64,000 bases of DNA from Octopus vulgaris (taxonomy: Eukaryota), in NCBI GenBank assembly GCA_951406725.2, contig OX597819.1, positions 50,282,001-50,346,000 of the forward strand. Direction: 5' to 3'. The position numbers and the translations under genes are program-made. Of this stretch, positions 40,677-55,008 are shown one piece after another (the stretch's first letter is position 1; each line of letters opens with the position of its first letter). The notes beneath the pieces are model-generated. The model ran no database searches. It was not told the DNA's origin and worked only from the letters and a program-made list of their open reading frames with translations.

Positions 40677-41256
40677 CAAGAGAGAGAGAGAGAGAGAAAG
40701 AGAAAGAAAGGATAGAATGCGAGAGATTTGGAAAGAGAAAGAGTTTGTTAAATAGACAAGGGAAAGGATGCGGAGTAATTCGACCGAAAACTTGCAGGCA
40801 GAGATGGATATGGCGATATACTTCTGGATGTGAATGTGAGAAAATATAGTAATGAAGGGAAAAAAGTTAACAATTAGAGAGCAGAAATAGTGGGAGGTAA
40901 TTAGATAAATTCTTAGGCAAAGAACATAGTGATATATTGGTTGCGATCGATGTTTTGTTTCTGGACATGGATCGATGAATCTTTCGGCTAGTCTGTTCAG
41001 TTTATGCGTTGGTTATTCTCAGGCTATTCATGTTGTTGTCACTTTTGCTGTCTAAGGACTGCGTTTATTACAGAATATAAACGGGTTTTTGTATGTAATA
41101 AAATTCGTTTCCTCTTTTACTGCTCTCGGTCGTTATTCAACCGTTACCATGCTGGGGAAACGCCTTCGGATGTTTTAGTCGATCATATCAGCCCTAACAC
41201 TGTATTTAAATCTGGTACATATTTTTTTCTTATCGTTCTTTTATTTATCGAAAAGA

Positions 41257-41478
41257 TAGGAGGCGGTGCTGAAAAGTTCCTGGCTTTGAGTAAAAGAAAA
41301 TACAGGAGGATCAGTTAATTATGATTTTATTCAAAATATTCCCTTCTCAGATTCACACACTTATTGCAGCAGTCTTTAAGTTTTCTAAGCCTTGTAAAAA
41401 AAACTCGGAAGGTTGGGCCTCCGACCAGGCCCTTCGTGATACCCTTAAAGCCAGAACACTTTCCAGCACCTCCTCGTA
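41257..41478 (+). mobile_element. mariner-derived MITE, copy 1
   Basis: TA-ggaggcggtgctgaaaagttcctggcttt ... aaagccagaacactttccagcacctcctcg-TA terminal inverted repeats; second copy at 56742. Confidence 0.85.
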
Positions 41479-41617
41479 ATAATTCTTTGTGACAAAATAT
41501 AGGTACAAATGTAGACTAAAAAATACACACACGTTGTTGCACGTTGGAATCGAACCCAGAACTGTGTAGCAAACTTCTTAATCACACGGCTGTGCCTGCA
41601 CTCAGTATAGATACTTA

Positions 41618-42035
41618 CTCTCTTTTCACTCTTTTACTTGTTTCAGTCATTTGACTGCGGCTATGCTGGAGCACCGCCCTTAGTCGAGCAAGTCGACCCC
41701 AGGACTTGTTCTTTGTAAGCCTTGTACTTATTCTATCGGTCTCTTTTGCCGAATCGCTAAGTTAGGGCGACGTAAACACACCAGCATCGGTTGTCAAGCG
41801 ATCGGGGGGGGGCAAACACAGACAAACATATGCACACACATACATATATATATATACATACATACATATATACGTCGGGATTCTTTCAGTTTCCATCTAC
41901 CAAATCCACTCACAAGGCTTTGGTCGGCCCGAGGCTATAGTAGAAGACACTTGCTCAAGGTGCCAAACAGTAGGACTGAACCTGGAACCATGTGGTTCGT
42001 AAGCAAGCGACTTACCACAGAGCCACTCCTACACC
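41618..42035 (-). mobile_element. SINE family A (full length)
   Basis: Close match to 4995-5422. Confidence 0.88.
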
Positions 42036-42299
42036 TACATAGTCAAAGAGAAAAACCTAAGAAAACAAAAAGAAAAACAAACAAGCAAACAAAGATATAA
42101 CTGTTATGTAAAGGATGTTGGTATAGAAAAATAAAATCGTTCGATCTAGCCCCAATATGCAACTGGTATTTTCTTTATCGATGCTGGAAGAGATAGGAAT
42201 GAAAGTTCATTTTGTTCAACCTGGGTTGACGGGGCAAACCGTTTCATCAGCACACCACTTATATTTTTATTTTTATAGTTATGATTAATCAGAAACTAG

Positions 42300-42828
42300 C
42301 ATACTCATGAAAAAAAAAATAGGATGTAGCTCCTTCTCAAGCCATACACACTCGTAGGACCGGTTTCCCGGATTCTCTGGCATACATAACTCGTGACACA
42401 GAGAGTGACAAGGCTGACCCTTTGAAATACAAGTACAACTCATTTTTGCCAGCTGAGTGGACTGGAGCAACGTGAAATAAAGTGTCTTGCTCAAGGACAC
42501 AACGCGTCGCCGGGAATGCATCACCCGGCTCAGCAGTCGAAATCACAATCTTACGATTATACGGCCAACATACTCATGAAAAAAAAAAATAGGATGTAGC
42601 TCCTTCTCAAGCCATACACACTCGTAGGACCGGTTTCCCGGATTCTCTTGCATACATAACTCTTCGCAGCATGGGACGTCGGTCAACCTCAGGAATACTC
42701 AGTGGACTGGAACAACGTGAAATGAAGTGTTTTGCTCCAGAGCACAACGCATCACCCGGCTCAGCAGTCGAAATCACAATCTTACGATTATACGGCCAAC
42801 ACCCTAACCGCTAAACCACTCGCTTCCA
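42300..42828 (-). mobile_element. Family C SINE chimera with local tandem duplications
   Basis: About 92 bp duplicated at 42300-42391 and 42569-42662; about 52 bp duplicated at 42518-42570 and 42749-42801. Confidence 0.75.
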
Positions 42829-42887
42829 CATACGTAGATTACTCACTCAGTCAAACAGATACAGGTGTGCAACGTCACACACACAGA

Positions 42888-42993
<106 letters not shown>

Positions 42994-43269
42994 CATTGGA
43001 TTGTCAGAAAACTTTGTTAGCACTTCATGGTTATACGTCTGTAAAGATGTAAAATTTATTCCAATTTCAAAAACGAGACAAAAGTTGTTGAATAAGAATA
43101 GAACCACAAAAAAGAAGAAATAAAAAAAGAAATCAAGGAAAAAAATTATAAAGCACTACAATAAAAATATTTTTCGTGTTTATTCAAATAGCATTTAAAA
43201 GGATTAAAATGAATGGAAAACAAAGGAAAAAAAAGCAGGAATGAATTTATCTGAGAGTCCAAGATATAG

Positions 43270-43625
43270 ACACGGTGGTTGTGTGGTAAGAAGTTTGCTT
43301 CCCAATCACATGGCTCCGGGTTCAATCCAACTGCATGATACCTTGGGCAAGTGTTTTCTACTCTAGCTTCGGGCAGATTCGAGCCTTGTAAATGGATTTA
43401 GTAGACGGAAAATGAAAGAAGTTCGTCGTATATATGTATATATATATATGTGTGTGTGTGTGAGTGTATGTGTGTGTTTGTGTCTGTGTTTGTCCCACCA
43501 CCACTACTACTTGACAACCGGTGTTGGTGTGTTTACGTCCGCGTACCGTAGAGGTTTGGCAAAAGAGACCGATAGGATAAGTACCAGGCTTTGAAAAAAT
43601 AAGCACATGGGATCGATTCATTCAA
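43270..43625 (+). mobile_element. SINE family A (3' truncated)
   Basis: ggtggttgtgtggtaag...gggttcaatcc...aaaagagaccgataggataagtacc. Confidence 0.8.
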
Positions 43626-43674
43626 CGAAAATTCGCGAAGTCTAATGACTGAAGCAAGTAGGATAGAAGAATAC

Positions 43675-43705
<31 letters not shown>

Positions 43706-44405
43706 ACACATACACACACAAACACATATACACACAGGCACACACTAACACACACATACATATACACACATGCGCATACAAACACACACACAGAGACATA
43801 CACATGCGCACCCATATACACACGCAAGTGCACACAAACACACACACACACGAACACACATATACACACATGCGCACACAAACACACACACACACACACA
43901 CACATACAGAGACACACACGCACACATACGTATATACACACATGCGCACACAAACTTACACACACACATACATACTCACGCATGCGCACACAAAGATACA
44001 CACACATATGCACACACATGTGCTCACAAACATACACATACGTATACATACACACGCACACATATATATACACACACTTGCGCACACAAACATACACACA
44101 CATACATACACACATGCGCATACAAACAGACACACACACATATACATACATGCGCATACATATACATACGCACACATATACATATACACACACATATACA
44201 CGCGCATGCGCACACAAAGGTACACACACACATGCACACACATGCGCACACAAACATAGATGCACATACATACACACACACGTACACACATGCATGCATG
44301 CGCACACAGGTACACATACAGACATACACACGCACGCACGCACGCACACACACACACACACAGAGATAGGGCGTAGCACAGGCCCACACAGACATGCACA
44401 CACTA
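43675..44405. repeat. Degenerate (CA)n with recurring catgcgcacacaaac unit
   Basis: Direct reading. Confidence 0.9.
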
Positions 44406-44688
44406 ACACAAGAACCTACACGTAAATGCAACAGTCTTTTATCAATCTGTTCACCCAAAATCACTGATAAAACCATAAAATTCCACCTGCAAGCGGAATT
44501 ATCCGTCCATTGAATATTCTTCAGTTGGTTTGCTTAACTGTGTGATGTTCTATAGGCATAAATACCGCCATTTGTCCACCGACATATTGAGAGTGGAGTG
44601 GAGTTGGCGGGAACGAGAGAAATATATATACATATATAGATACACACACGTATATATATATGTATATATATATATGTATATATATATA

Positions 44689-44737
<49 letters not shown>

Positions 44738-44804
44738 ATGTGTGTGTGTATGTATATATATATATGTATATATGTATATATATATATATATGTATATGTA
44801 TACA

Positions 44805-44910
<106 letters not shown>

Positions 44911-45018
44911 AATGAAGAGAGCCTGATATAGGACGGGTGTGAAATGCAGATCGATAGATATAGATGGATAGATAGCTGGAGAGATGCATGGATAGATAGA
45001 GAGTTTGGGGAAGACAGT

Positions 45019-45081
<63 letters not shown>

Positions 45082-46118
45082 AGCTTCATTGGTTACAACT
45101 TGCTTGTCAGACATGTTCAGGCGAACAAACTCAGCTGTAATTGTGAAAGCTCCTTTCGTCATGCTTAATCAATCATGTGTGGTTTAATTCCGTATGGTTT
45201 AATAAGCTCTTCGGTCAGCAGACAGCTTTCGATGGAAGTAAATATTGTGATGGTGGTGGTAGTGGTGAATGTGGTGGAGGTGGATGTGGATGAGGTTGTG
45301 GTGGTGGTGACGACGACGGGAGAATATGGCAACGGTTTTTGTACTGTGTGCTTTGGGTTTTGAAAAGGAAGAGTGAATAAGAGGGAGAGAGAGAGAGAGG
45401 GGGAGGGGGAGAGGAGGAGAGTAAGGAATGAGGGAAAGAGAGAGAGAGAGAGAGAGAAATGGACAGTGAAAGAAAGTGAAGACATGTAATGAGAGAGAGT
45501 GGGAGAGAAGGGGGCAGAGAGAGAGAGAGAGAGGGAGAGAGAGAGAGAGAATAGAAAGAGAGATATTAAAAGATGTATGTAACGAAACGAGGCGGTCAAA
45601 GAGAAATAAACAGTTATAACAGAACGAAAGAAGAGAGGTAAGAGAGAGAAAAAGATCTCTCTCTCTCTCTCTATCGTTGTTTCTGTATACATACATACAT
45701 ACATACATACATACATACATACATACATACATACATACATACATAGATGCATGCATACACACGTGCACACATACATACATGCGTGAATTCTCCCTATGGA
45801 GAATATACATACACACACACACACACATACACATAGACATGCAGATATATACATCCTACATCCGTATAAATCACCCCAAGCGGATAAATCTTTCGCCTTT
45901 TACTACACACACACACACGCACACACACACACACACACACACGCACGCGCGCACGCACACATACACACACACAAACAAACAAGCTCACATACACACATAC
46001 ATACGCACGCACACGCACATTATATTATGTGTGTGTGTGTGTGTGTATGTATACATACACGTTCTTTTATCATTCCTTTATTAATACCTGTGTCTCTAGC
46101 CATCTATCTATCTATCTG

Positions 46119-46184
<66 letters not shown>

Positions 46185-47104
46185 ATCTGTCTGTCTGTTT
46201 GCCTGCCTGTCTTTCTGTTGTCTGCCGATCTATCTCTCTATATACATGCATTCGTACATATATACACACATACATATATATAAATAAATATATATGTATG
46301 TATGTGTGTGTGTGTGTGTGTAGAGGAGGGGTGGGTGTAGATTAAACCATGAGAAAATGAGAAATTAAAAAGAAAGGAAGGAAGAAAGAAAAGAAGGAAT
46401 AAAATAGAAAGAAAGAATAAAGAAAAGGCAGTACAAGAGAGAGGAAGGAAGGAACCAGAGAAGTTTTCGGCTATGAAATCATATTTCGGATATTCGACTA
46501 TCAATTCTCTAACTGGAATATTTTAACCAATATTCTAGTCTACTGGTTGCCTGTGACTGTGTGTGTGTGTGTGTGTGTGTGTCAGCCTGTCTGCCTGTAC
46601 GTCCGTCCACAGACCAATCTGTTAGTGCGTTTAAGCACGAGTGAACAGATGGATCGATGTATGAATGTTTGTGCGCGTGTGTACGTATGCATTCATTAAT
46701 AATACTGTATTGTGTTCGTGTTTCTGTGTATATATATATGTATAGGTTTATGGTTCTTGTAGCTGTTTAGCCCCAGGTTAGTTCCGATTGATTGAGCGAG
46801 CAGGCTTGGTCTATTATCGAATACTGCAGCCGTCGCCATCTCATCTTTTATTCAAACACAAGCACACCAAGGACTACATACATTATCAAGCGATGAAAGA
46901 ACATTTGACTGCTTCTTCTAGAAGGTCTAGCGACCCATATAGCCGCTCCTTCTCGGCTGATACATTTATGCCTGGTTGTATGTGGAGAGTTGCGTAAAAC
47001 AGGGTATGTGACGTTTTGGCACAGCCGTTTTGGCGGCACCTATTTGGCGTCGCTGATTCGACGTTGACTTATTTGACATCAGATGTTTTAATGTTTTTTC
47101 TCTT

Positions 47105-47145
<41 letters not shown>

Positions 47146-47217
47146 TTATGTGGGTGAACATGCTTCTCTTTATGCGTATGAAGAGAAAGTGTTTCTGTCA
47201 ACCGTGTTTAATTAATA

Positions 47218-47600
47218 CTAGCAGTATCGCCCGGCGTTGCTCAGCTTTGTAAGGGAAATAACTATAAAGCATTTTTAGAGAGTTATAGCCAAAAAATAGC
47301 AAAAAAATGGAAAAAATTATGGTAAATTTTTTTTGAGAGTAAAAAAAGGTCGAGTTGCGTCCCCTAGACAGTCTGTGGTTTGTGTTTCTGATTCTCGACC
47401 CCATGTCGAATTTATCGATTTTTTTCAGAACTGGGGGAACTTTTCAAAATTTTCGCTGCGTTAGTTTTGAATTATGACATTGGGCTATGTGTGTGTCAAG
47501 TTTCATCAGAATCGGTTGAAAGCAGTGGTCAGGGTGAGGGTACGACCAAACAGACACACAGAAACACACACAGACAAACTGCCGTTTATATAGAGAGAGA
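47218..47600 (-). mobile_element. Helitron-like element, copy 3
   Basis: Same ctagcagtatcgcccggcgttgctc terminus; first ~95 bp match the 35096 copy; other end tttatatagagagaga as in 16660-16673. Confidence 0.7.
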
Positions 47601-47984
47601 TATTGTGTCTCCTTCCCAACCCTCTCTTCCTCATTCTTTCACTCTCACACACTCTCTATCACACACACTCTCTCTCTCTTACTCCTCTCTCTCTATGTAT
47701 ATGTTTCTGCGCGCGTGTGAGTTTACTTCCAGTACCAAAAATTACTGCATACCAAAACAGGCTGAATGTCTAATCAACCGCACCAAATCATTAGCGTACA
47801 CACAGCTTCACTCAACCGTCACTTTCCGGAAAAAGAACAACTTTCCAATCCACTCAAAACGGCTCGTAGTCACGCTTCAAATCATTTCACCGCTTTATAT
47901 GTGTAGCTCATAATACTGGAAGCGGCATGAACATCTCAGTTCGTACATTCTACTTTGAAATATCGCTACACCTTCGACTATATC

Positions 47985-48167
47985 TTTTATCTTTTACTTG
48001 TTTCAGACATTAGATTGCGGCCATGCTGGAGCACCTCCTTGAAATGTTTTGCTGAACAAATCGACACCAATAATTCCTTTTTTTTTTGTTTTGTTTTATT
48101 TTGGTTAAATGTGGTACATATTCTATCGTTCTCTTTTGCCGAAACGCTAGGTTACGGTAAAGTAAAC
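47985..48167 (-). mobile_element. SINE family A, 3' fragment
   Basis: cttttacttgtttcag...gcggccatgctggagcacc...ctcttttgccgaaacgctaggttacgg. Confidence 0.7.
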
Positions 48168-48872
48168 CTTCATTTTGTACAGATTCATTTACTCGTTATT
48201 TAAGAAATTATTATTATCATCTCAACTAACACTGCGGAGTTCCTGAAGTTGCATCCACTGGATATATACCCCGATTGCGGATGGCACCAGGTAGATCAAA
48301 CTGTACCAGTGCTCTACGCAACACGTCAACACACTAACCAACATATACCCATTAGTCCAAAATATTAAATACACACACACTAAAACACATATACATATAT
48401 ATAATATATGTATATATATATATATAATTTTTACTGTTTTGTTCTCATCGTTCTGTCTATTACTGTTTGTATTTTTTAATTGTTTTTACTGTTTTGTTCT
48501 TACTGTCCTGCTCTTGTTATCATTTTTACCCTCCGCAAAAAATCCCAAATTTTATTTAATTTGCTTTGCGGGAAGGATTGTTTCAACGGAGTCGCGTCTT
48601 GTCCTTACCATCGAACGCGGAGTAGATGAAATAGGAACAACTGAAAAAGGGGAATATTCCTTGTGTTGTATGTCTTGTACTCTGTTTTTTTCGTTGTTTG
48701 AAAAAAAGTTCGTTTCTTTGTTTTTGTTTTTATGTCTTCGTTTCTCATTGTGTTCAACGTTTATTTGATGTCCTGTACCCATATATGCATGTATATATAC
48801 ATATAGATGTAGGTATATACATATATGTATGCATATATGCATATATTTATATATTATTTATATTATTATATA

Positions 48873-48933
<61 letters not shown>

Positions 48934-49154
48934 TGTAAATGCGCTTGCGCGCGGAATTTTGAGAAATTATAGCATATAATGACGGGACACGTATTATCTT
49001 GTTTCTGAATTATAAGTTAGTTATTGAGGCCTGTTACTGACGAGAATTCGCCTGGCGGATAATATTGTTTTGCTAAATTACCCATTAAAGGATGGCAAAT
49101 AATCTTATTTGCCAAAGAAATTCGAAACCATGGTATAACCGCTAATAAAAATAA

Positions 49155-50925
49155 CAAGTAAACAACCCAGAAGAATTCTTTGCCACTTCACCTGCGACGA
49201 AAGAGGCAAAAATTGAGTACATCAACATTGAAGATGATGATATCACACTGGCCATAGATGAGATTGACACAAACTCAGCTGCTGGACCTGATGGATTTCC
49301 AGCGATCCTTCTAAAATCGTGCAAACGAGCCCTTGCAAAACCGCTACAGTTTCTTTTTCAGAGCTTTCTTGCAAGTGGTAAGCTCCCAGTCAAATTGAAA
49401 GAGGGGGTAATATGCTTTATCCATAAGGGAGGTAGCAGAGCAGATGCTAAAGATTATAGGCCTATCTCTCTGACCTCACACATCAGCAAAGTCATGGAAC
49501 GAATAGTCCGCAAGAAATTAATCATGTTCCTTGAAGAAAAGGACTTGCTGACTGACACCCAGCATGGATTTCGACCAGGTAGAAGCTGCCTAACACAGCT
49601 CCTGCAACACTATGACTGGGTGTTAAAACAGCTACTAAATGGCTCAAATGTGGATGTGATATATCTTGACTTTGCAAAAGCCTTTGATAAAGTCGACCAC
49701 GGTATGATTTGTCACAAACTGCGTGGTCTCGGCATAGGCGGAAAACTTGGAGAGTGGCTGCACAACTTCCTAAAAGATAGAAGACATGCAGTTGTGACCA
49801 ATGGAGCCACCTCCAAGGAAACAAATAACAAGCGGTGTTCCACAGGGCACTGTCTTGGGGCCACTGCTGTTCATAGTGGGCCTTTCAGACATGCCCCCAG
49901 TTACTAAGATGGCCACCCTTGCTAGCTATGCAGATGACACAAAAGTCTCCCGCACAATACAAAACCCTGAAAATATTGCACATCTGCAACAGGAATTGGA
50001 TACAATATACAGGTGGGCTGAGGACAACAACATGCAGTTTAATGCAGGTAAGTTCCAGTCCCTGCGCTACCGGCACACAAAGGTAAACGACATGCAGACT
50101 GGATACACTGGCCCGGGAAGAATTGCAATCCCTGAGTCAAAATCAGTGCGTGACCTGGGCATTGACACGAGCAATGATGCATCTTTCCAAGTGCATATTA
50201 CTAATCTGGTGATAAAATGCAGACGGCTAGCTGGATGGATTCTCCGAACTTTCAGAACAAGAGAGAAGGAGACACTGATGGTCCTCTGGAAAACTTTCGT
50301 CCTCAGCCGCTTGGACTACCGCTCCCAACTATTGTCACCACACAATATAACACTAACAGCAGAACTCGAAGCAATTCGAAGAAGCTACACAAAGAAGATC
50401 GTCTCAATGCAAAATATCAGTTACTGGGAAAGACTGAAAGTATTAAACCTCTTCTTCCCTAGAGCGAAGGCGGGAGAGATATGCGGTGATATATATCTGG
50501 AAAATCCTGGAGGGTCTTGTCCCAAACTTTGGCATTCAAAGTTACCCCAACCGCAGAACGGGGCGCCACTGCATGGTGCCAAAGATTCCAACATCACCAT
50601 CAAAATACAGGACCAGATACTGCAACAGCTTGGATTTCAGAAGACCACAGCTCTTTAACATCCTCCCTAAATGCCTGAGAGACTTGCATGGTGTGGATGT
50701 GGGTTTCTCTAAAACTAAACTGGATCTCTTCTTGTCGGGGGTCCCAGATGAACCTACCTCACGACAGGAGACACAGATGCGGGCAGCGGCATCGAACTCC
50801 CTTGTTGACCAAGTGCCACGTATCAGAGGTGGATTCACATATTAGTGTAGCTCATTCAGCGGTGGTGCCCCAGCATGGCCGCGGCCTTCGGGCTAAAACA
50901 TTTTTAAGGATTTAAGGATTTAAGG
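49155..50925 (+). mobile_element. 5'-truncated CR1/L2-group LINE with frameshifted reverse transcriptase
   Basis: SAAGPDG, YRPISLTSHISKVMERIV, QHGFRPGRSCLTQLL, YLDFAKAFDKVDH, SGVPQGTVLGPLLFI, YADDTK, VRDLG, FVLSRLDY, YWERLK. Frameshifts near 49820 and 50460; (TTTAAGGA)3 tail. Confidence 0.95.
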
Positions 50926-51062
50926 TAAAAGTTTTTATTTTTCATTTACTTCGAAAATTGGTATAAAATCGTGGTTTTGGCCGTGTTGGCTGCTATTTCT
51001 AGCATGTAAAAATGACCTGTTAAAGGGTAGTTTTCTTTTGTGTTTAATTGTACACTATTTTA

Positions 51063-51099
<37 letters not shown>

Positions 51100-51154
51100 T
51101 GTGTTTACACACAACGCACGCGCACACATGCACATATACATCGGCATTTAATCG

Positions 51155-51302
51155 GCATCAATACTCGACTGGTACTTTATTTACCGAGCCTAGAAGGGTG
51201 GAAGGCAAAGTTTGATCTTCATGGGATTTGAACTACGAACGTAAAAAGGCGGAACAAATATCACACGGCATTTGGTTCGGTGCTCTATCGGTTTTGCCAA
51301 AC
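51155..51302 (-). mobile_element. SINE family B (degenerate)
   Basis: gactggtactttattt...gaagggtggaaggcaaag...gggatttgaact. Confidence 0.65.
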
Positions 51303-51699
51303 CACCACACCCTGCCACCCTCACTGTTGCTTAGCATCTGTTGCCACAATTTGTACTGACGTGTCTCTATCATTATTATAAACGATCTTCAAAAAAGTAT
51401 TGATTTCTTGATATCTGATACAAATCACCGTACTTCATACGAGGTTTATGCTCAAGCATATTGCTATTGAACAAATACATTCACAAATGCACAAACACTC
51501 ACAAAAACAAATGCATATATATACACATAAAATATATATACAAACAAAGGAACGTACATATAAATATACATACGCATATAGTTAATTCTCTCTGTGTAAA
51601 TATCTTTGTCGAGTGAAATCTGGCACCGCCTCATTGAATCCAGAAACCTTTAGCTAGTGTGTGTAAATACCTATATTTATTTAAGAACATGCAAATAAA

Positions 51700-51760
<61 letters not shown>

Positions 51761-51832
51761 GTACACACGTGTACATATAAAGATTGATATATATACATAC
51801 AAATATACATATATGTATATAAGTATATATAT

Positions 51833-51885
<53 letters not shown>

Positions 51886-52149
51886 TATATATATATATAT
51901 ATATATAAAGGATGTACATGCATATATACGTATGTATATATGTATTATACTTGCGTATATGTACATATGTATATACGTCTATATGAATGTATATATGTAT
52001 ATAAATACACATACATATATATATATATGTATATATGTGTGTGTGTGTAAATATATATATACACACACACACACATGCATATATATATATATATATATGA
52101 GCACAAAAACACACAGCTATATGTGTGTATATAAGTACGCGTGTGGTGC

Positions 52150-52241
52150 AAGCCTGGTGCAAGCCATCTGGTTCGCCAGTCCTCAGTCAAATCGTCCAAC
52201 TCATGCTAGCATAGAAAGCGGACGTTAAATGATGATGATGA
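52150..52241 (+). mobile_element. Retroposon 3' tail ending in (GAT)n
   Basis: cgtccaactcatgctagcatagaaagcggacgttaaatgatgatgatga has the form of an RTE-type SINE/LINE tail. Confidence 0.5.
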
Positions 52242-53577
52242 GGAGGAGGATGAAAAGTAGAGGACGTCCATGCAAGAGCATGAGTATATATTGTGCTCTC
52301 AAGCAACACTATCTGGTTCGTTACGTTTTAATTTGGTTGCTGTTGTAATTATTGCTTTACAGTTATTCTTCTGACCCATTTGTCATGGTATGCTTACTTC
52401 TATTGTTTTTCTTTTCTTTTTTTGTCTTTCCTATTTCATGTTGTTCTGGCTACTATGACGTGTCTCACGATAAGGTAATATACCTCGAGAATGTTCAGTC
52501 GCAGTTGGTAATAATATGGTTGATGTCTTCAGTGTTGTTTTTGCTTCACCTACCTACGTTGCTAACTCCTGATTTTTGTATTTGCTGTAGAAAATATTAA
52601 TGGATATTTATTGCTCTTGGATGGATTGTACGGAAGTCAAATTAGGACATGATGTTATAAGCTTGTCGCTACTATACATATTTATGTCGCTTGATTTTTA
52701 AGATCTCTAATCAGTAATGCACACTATGGTTGGCCAAAGATGAGAAAGGCAAAGCATTCAGTAAAAAAATTTTGAGATAGAATGATGGTATGTGTTAGTG
52801 AGGATGGTACTCTCTCTTAACATCTACAGCACGAAACACCAATCGTTGCCACATCTGTGGGGAAAAAAGCGTAGGTCCTTGGTAGGACTGCAAAGCCAAA
52901 TTTTTGTCGCTCATGGTTCAGAGAACGATCAAGTAGTGACAATGCTCGAAATCGAGCTGCAACCATCATGTACGTATGCATGCATATATGTAGATGAGTA
53001 TGTGTGTGTATGTATAAACGAAAAACCTAATACAAAAAAAAAAAAGACATGAGACATGCGAGAAAAAAAATTATTAATATTGATATAAATGTTTGAAAAT
53101 ATCTTTGGGCAATGAAGGTAAAGAGTTAGACAAAATATGCTTGAAGTTTAAAAAATGAAAGTAAAAAGAAAATATATTGCATTACCTTACCTAAGCTGTT
53201 TAATGGACCTCTATTATTTCGGGGAAAAATTCCCCTTATCAAATAGAAGATAATAATTCTATGAGTATGATTCCTCTAATCTCCGACAGGCCATTCTAGT
53301 GCGTTGTAATGTTGTTTAACTCCATATCTGACCTGACACAATAGACCTATGACAGAAAATATTCCAGCCATGACTATCTCGTCTTCCTTATAATGAACTA
53401 CATTACCCAATATATTTTTTATTTAAGATGGTAGTGGAAATTGTCCTACCATGTCCACCAGGTCTAGCAATCACGGATGCATTCGTCCGTTATATATTGA
53501 GAAAAAGAATACAGATTTGGGGAGTTCCGTGGAAAGGGGGTTCGAAAAAATTTACATAAACTTGATAGTAAGATAGC

Positions 53578-53800
53578 GGAGGCGCACGGATTGCTGGTTA
53601 GGTTGTTGGACTCATGAGCGTAAGATTGTAGGTTCGATTCCTGGACCGGGTGATACATTGTATTCTTCAGCAAAGCACTTGATTTCACGTTGCTTCAGCT
53701 CACTCAGATGGTAAACAATCAGTATTCGTGCGACGGACCGGCATCTGGCCCAGGGAGGAATATACGCACATGCCAGAGAAACCGGGAAACCGACTCTAAG
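53578..53800 (+). mobile_element. SINE family C variant
   Basis: ggaggcgcacgg...ggttaggttgttggactcatg...ggttcgattcctggaccggg...gacggaccggc...gaaaccgggaaacc. Confidence 0.75.
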
Positions 53801-54733
53801 CTCTTTCCAGAGTAATATGAACGAATCTATTATGGTTAGATGGCAGTGAACTAGCGATTGCTACACATCTACATGATGAGGTTAATAGAGAAATATCTTG
53901 TATTTACCTCTCTGTTCGAATGTGATTGGACAGGACAGAAGAAAAAAATAATAAACGAAGGACATATATCTTGCTTATTTTACATGTGTGTACGTGTATG
54001 TGGTGTGAGTGTGTTTGGTGTATGTGTGTGTTATGTGTGTGTAGTGTGTTTGGTGTGTGTGTGTGTTATGTGTGTGTGTGTTATGTGTGTGTGATGTGTT
54101 TGGTGTGTGTGCGTACTTATTTATACATCTTGAAACGCGCACGCGCACTCACACGGACACATGATTACTTCATATGGACAAGATAAGATCTCTGTGGAGT
54201 TTACGTGAGTTATAGTGTCCCCACCCACGCTGAGGAACACATACATGCGCATATTACACATGCACACACAAATACACAAACACACACAAACGAACACACA
54301 CACACACGCACGCACCCACATACACCCGCGTACGCGAACACGTGCACATATACACACATATAGATTGCAAAGTTTTGAGCAATACAATTTCTAAAATGAA
54401 GAAATTCATTTTTTTGTTTCTATAATATTTCAATCATAAACAGATTCTTATCGGTTAATACGGTGAAATAAACAAAATTGCTACCGACGCAAAATTCAAA
54501 CCCACCCACGCGCAGGCACACACACACAGACACACACACATGTACACACACACACATACAGACGCACGGACACACACACACGCACAAACATGTATACATA
54601 TGGATAAACAAATATCGATAAAATTATACAGACATACATACATACGTACATACCTGCATACACACAAGCATACATACATGCATACATATATGCATATATA
54701 TACATATGTACTTACACATGTATATATCTATAT

Positions 54734-54780
<47 letters not shown>

Positions 54781-54875
54781 TATATATACATAGATTTATA
54801 TATATGTGTGTACATATATAAATACATATATATACATATGTGCTACATATATGCATGTGTATATACACATATATG

Positions 54876-54939
<64 letters not shown>

Positions 54940-54954
54940 AATGGACATGTATGC

Positions 54955-55008
<54 letters not shown>

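Noticed and set aside
49395-50845. Intact or domesticated RT gene
   Set aside because: Two frameshifts, no endonuclease domain and 5' truncation: a dead LINE copy.
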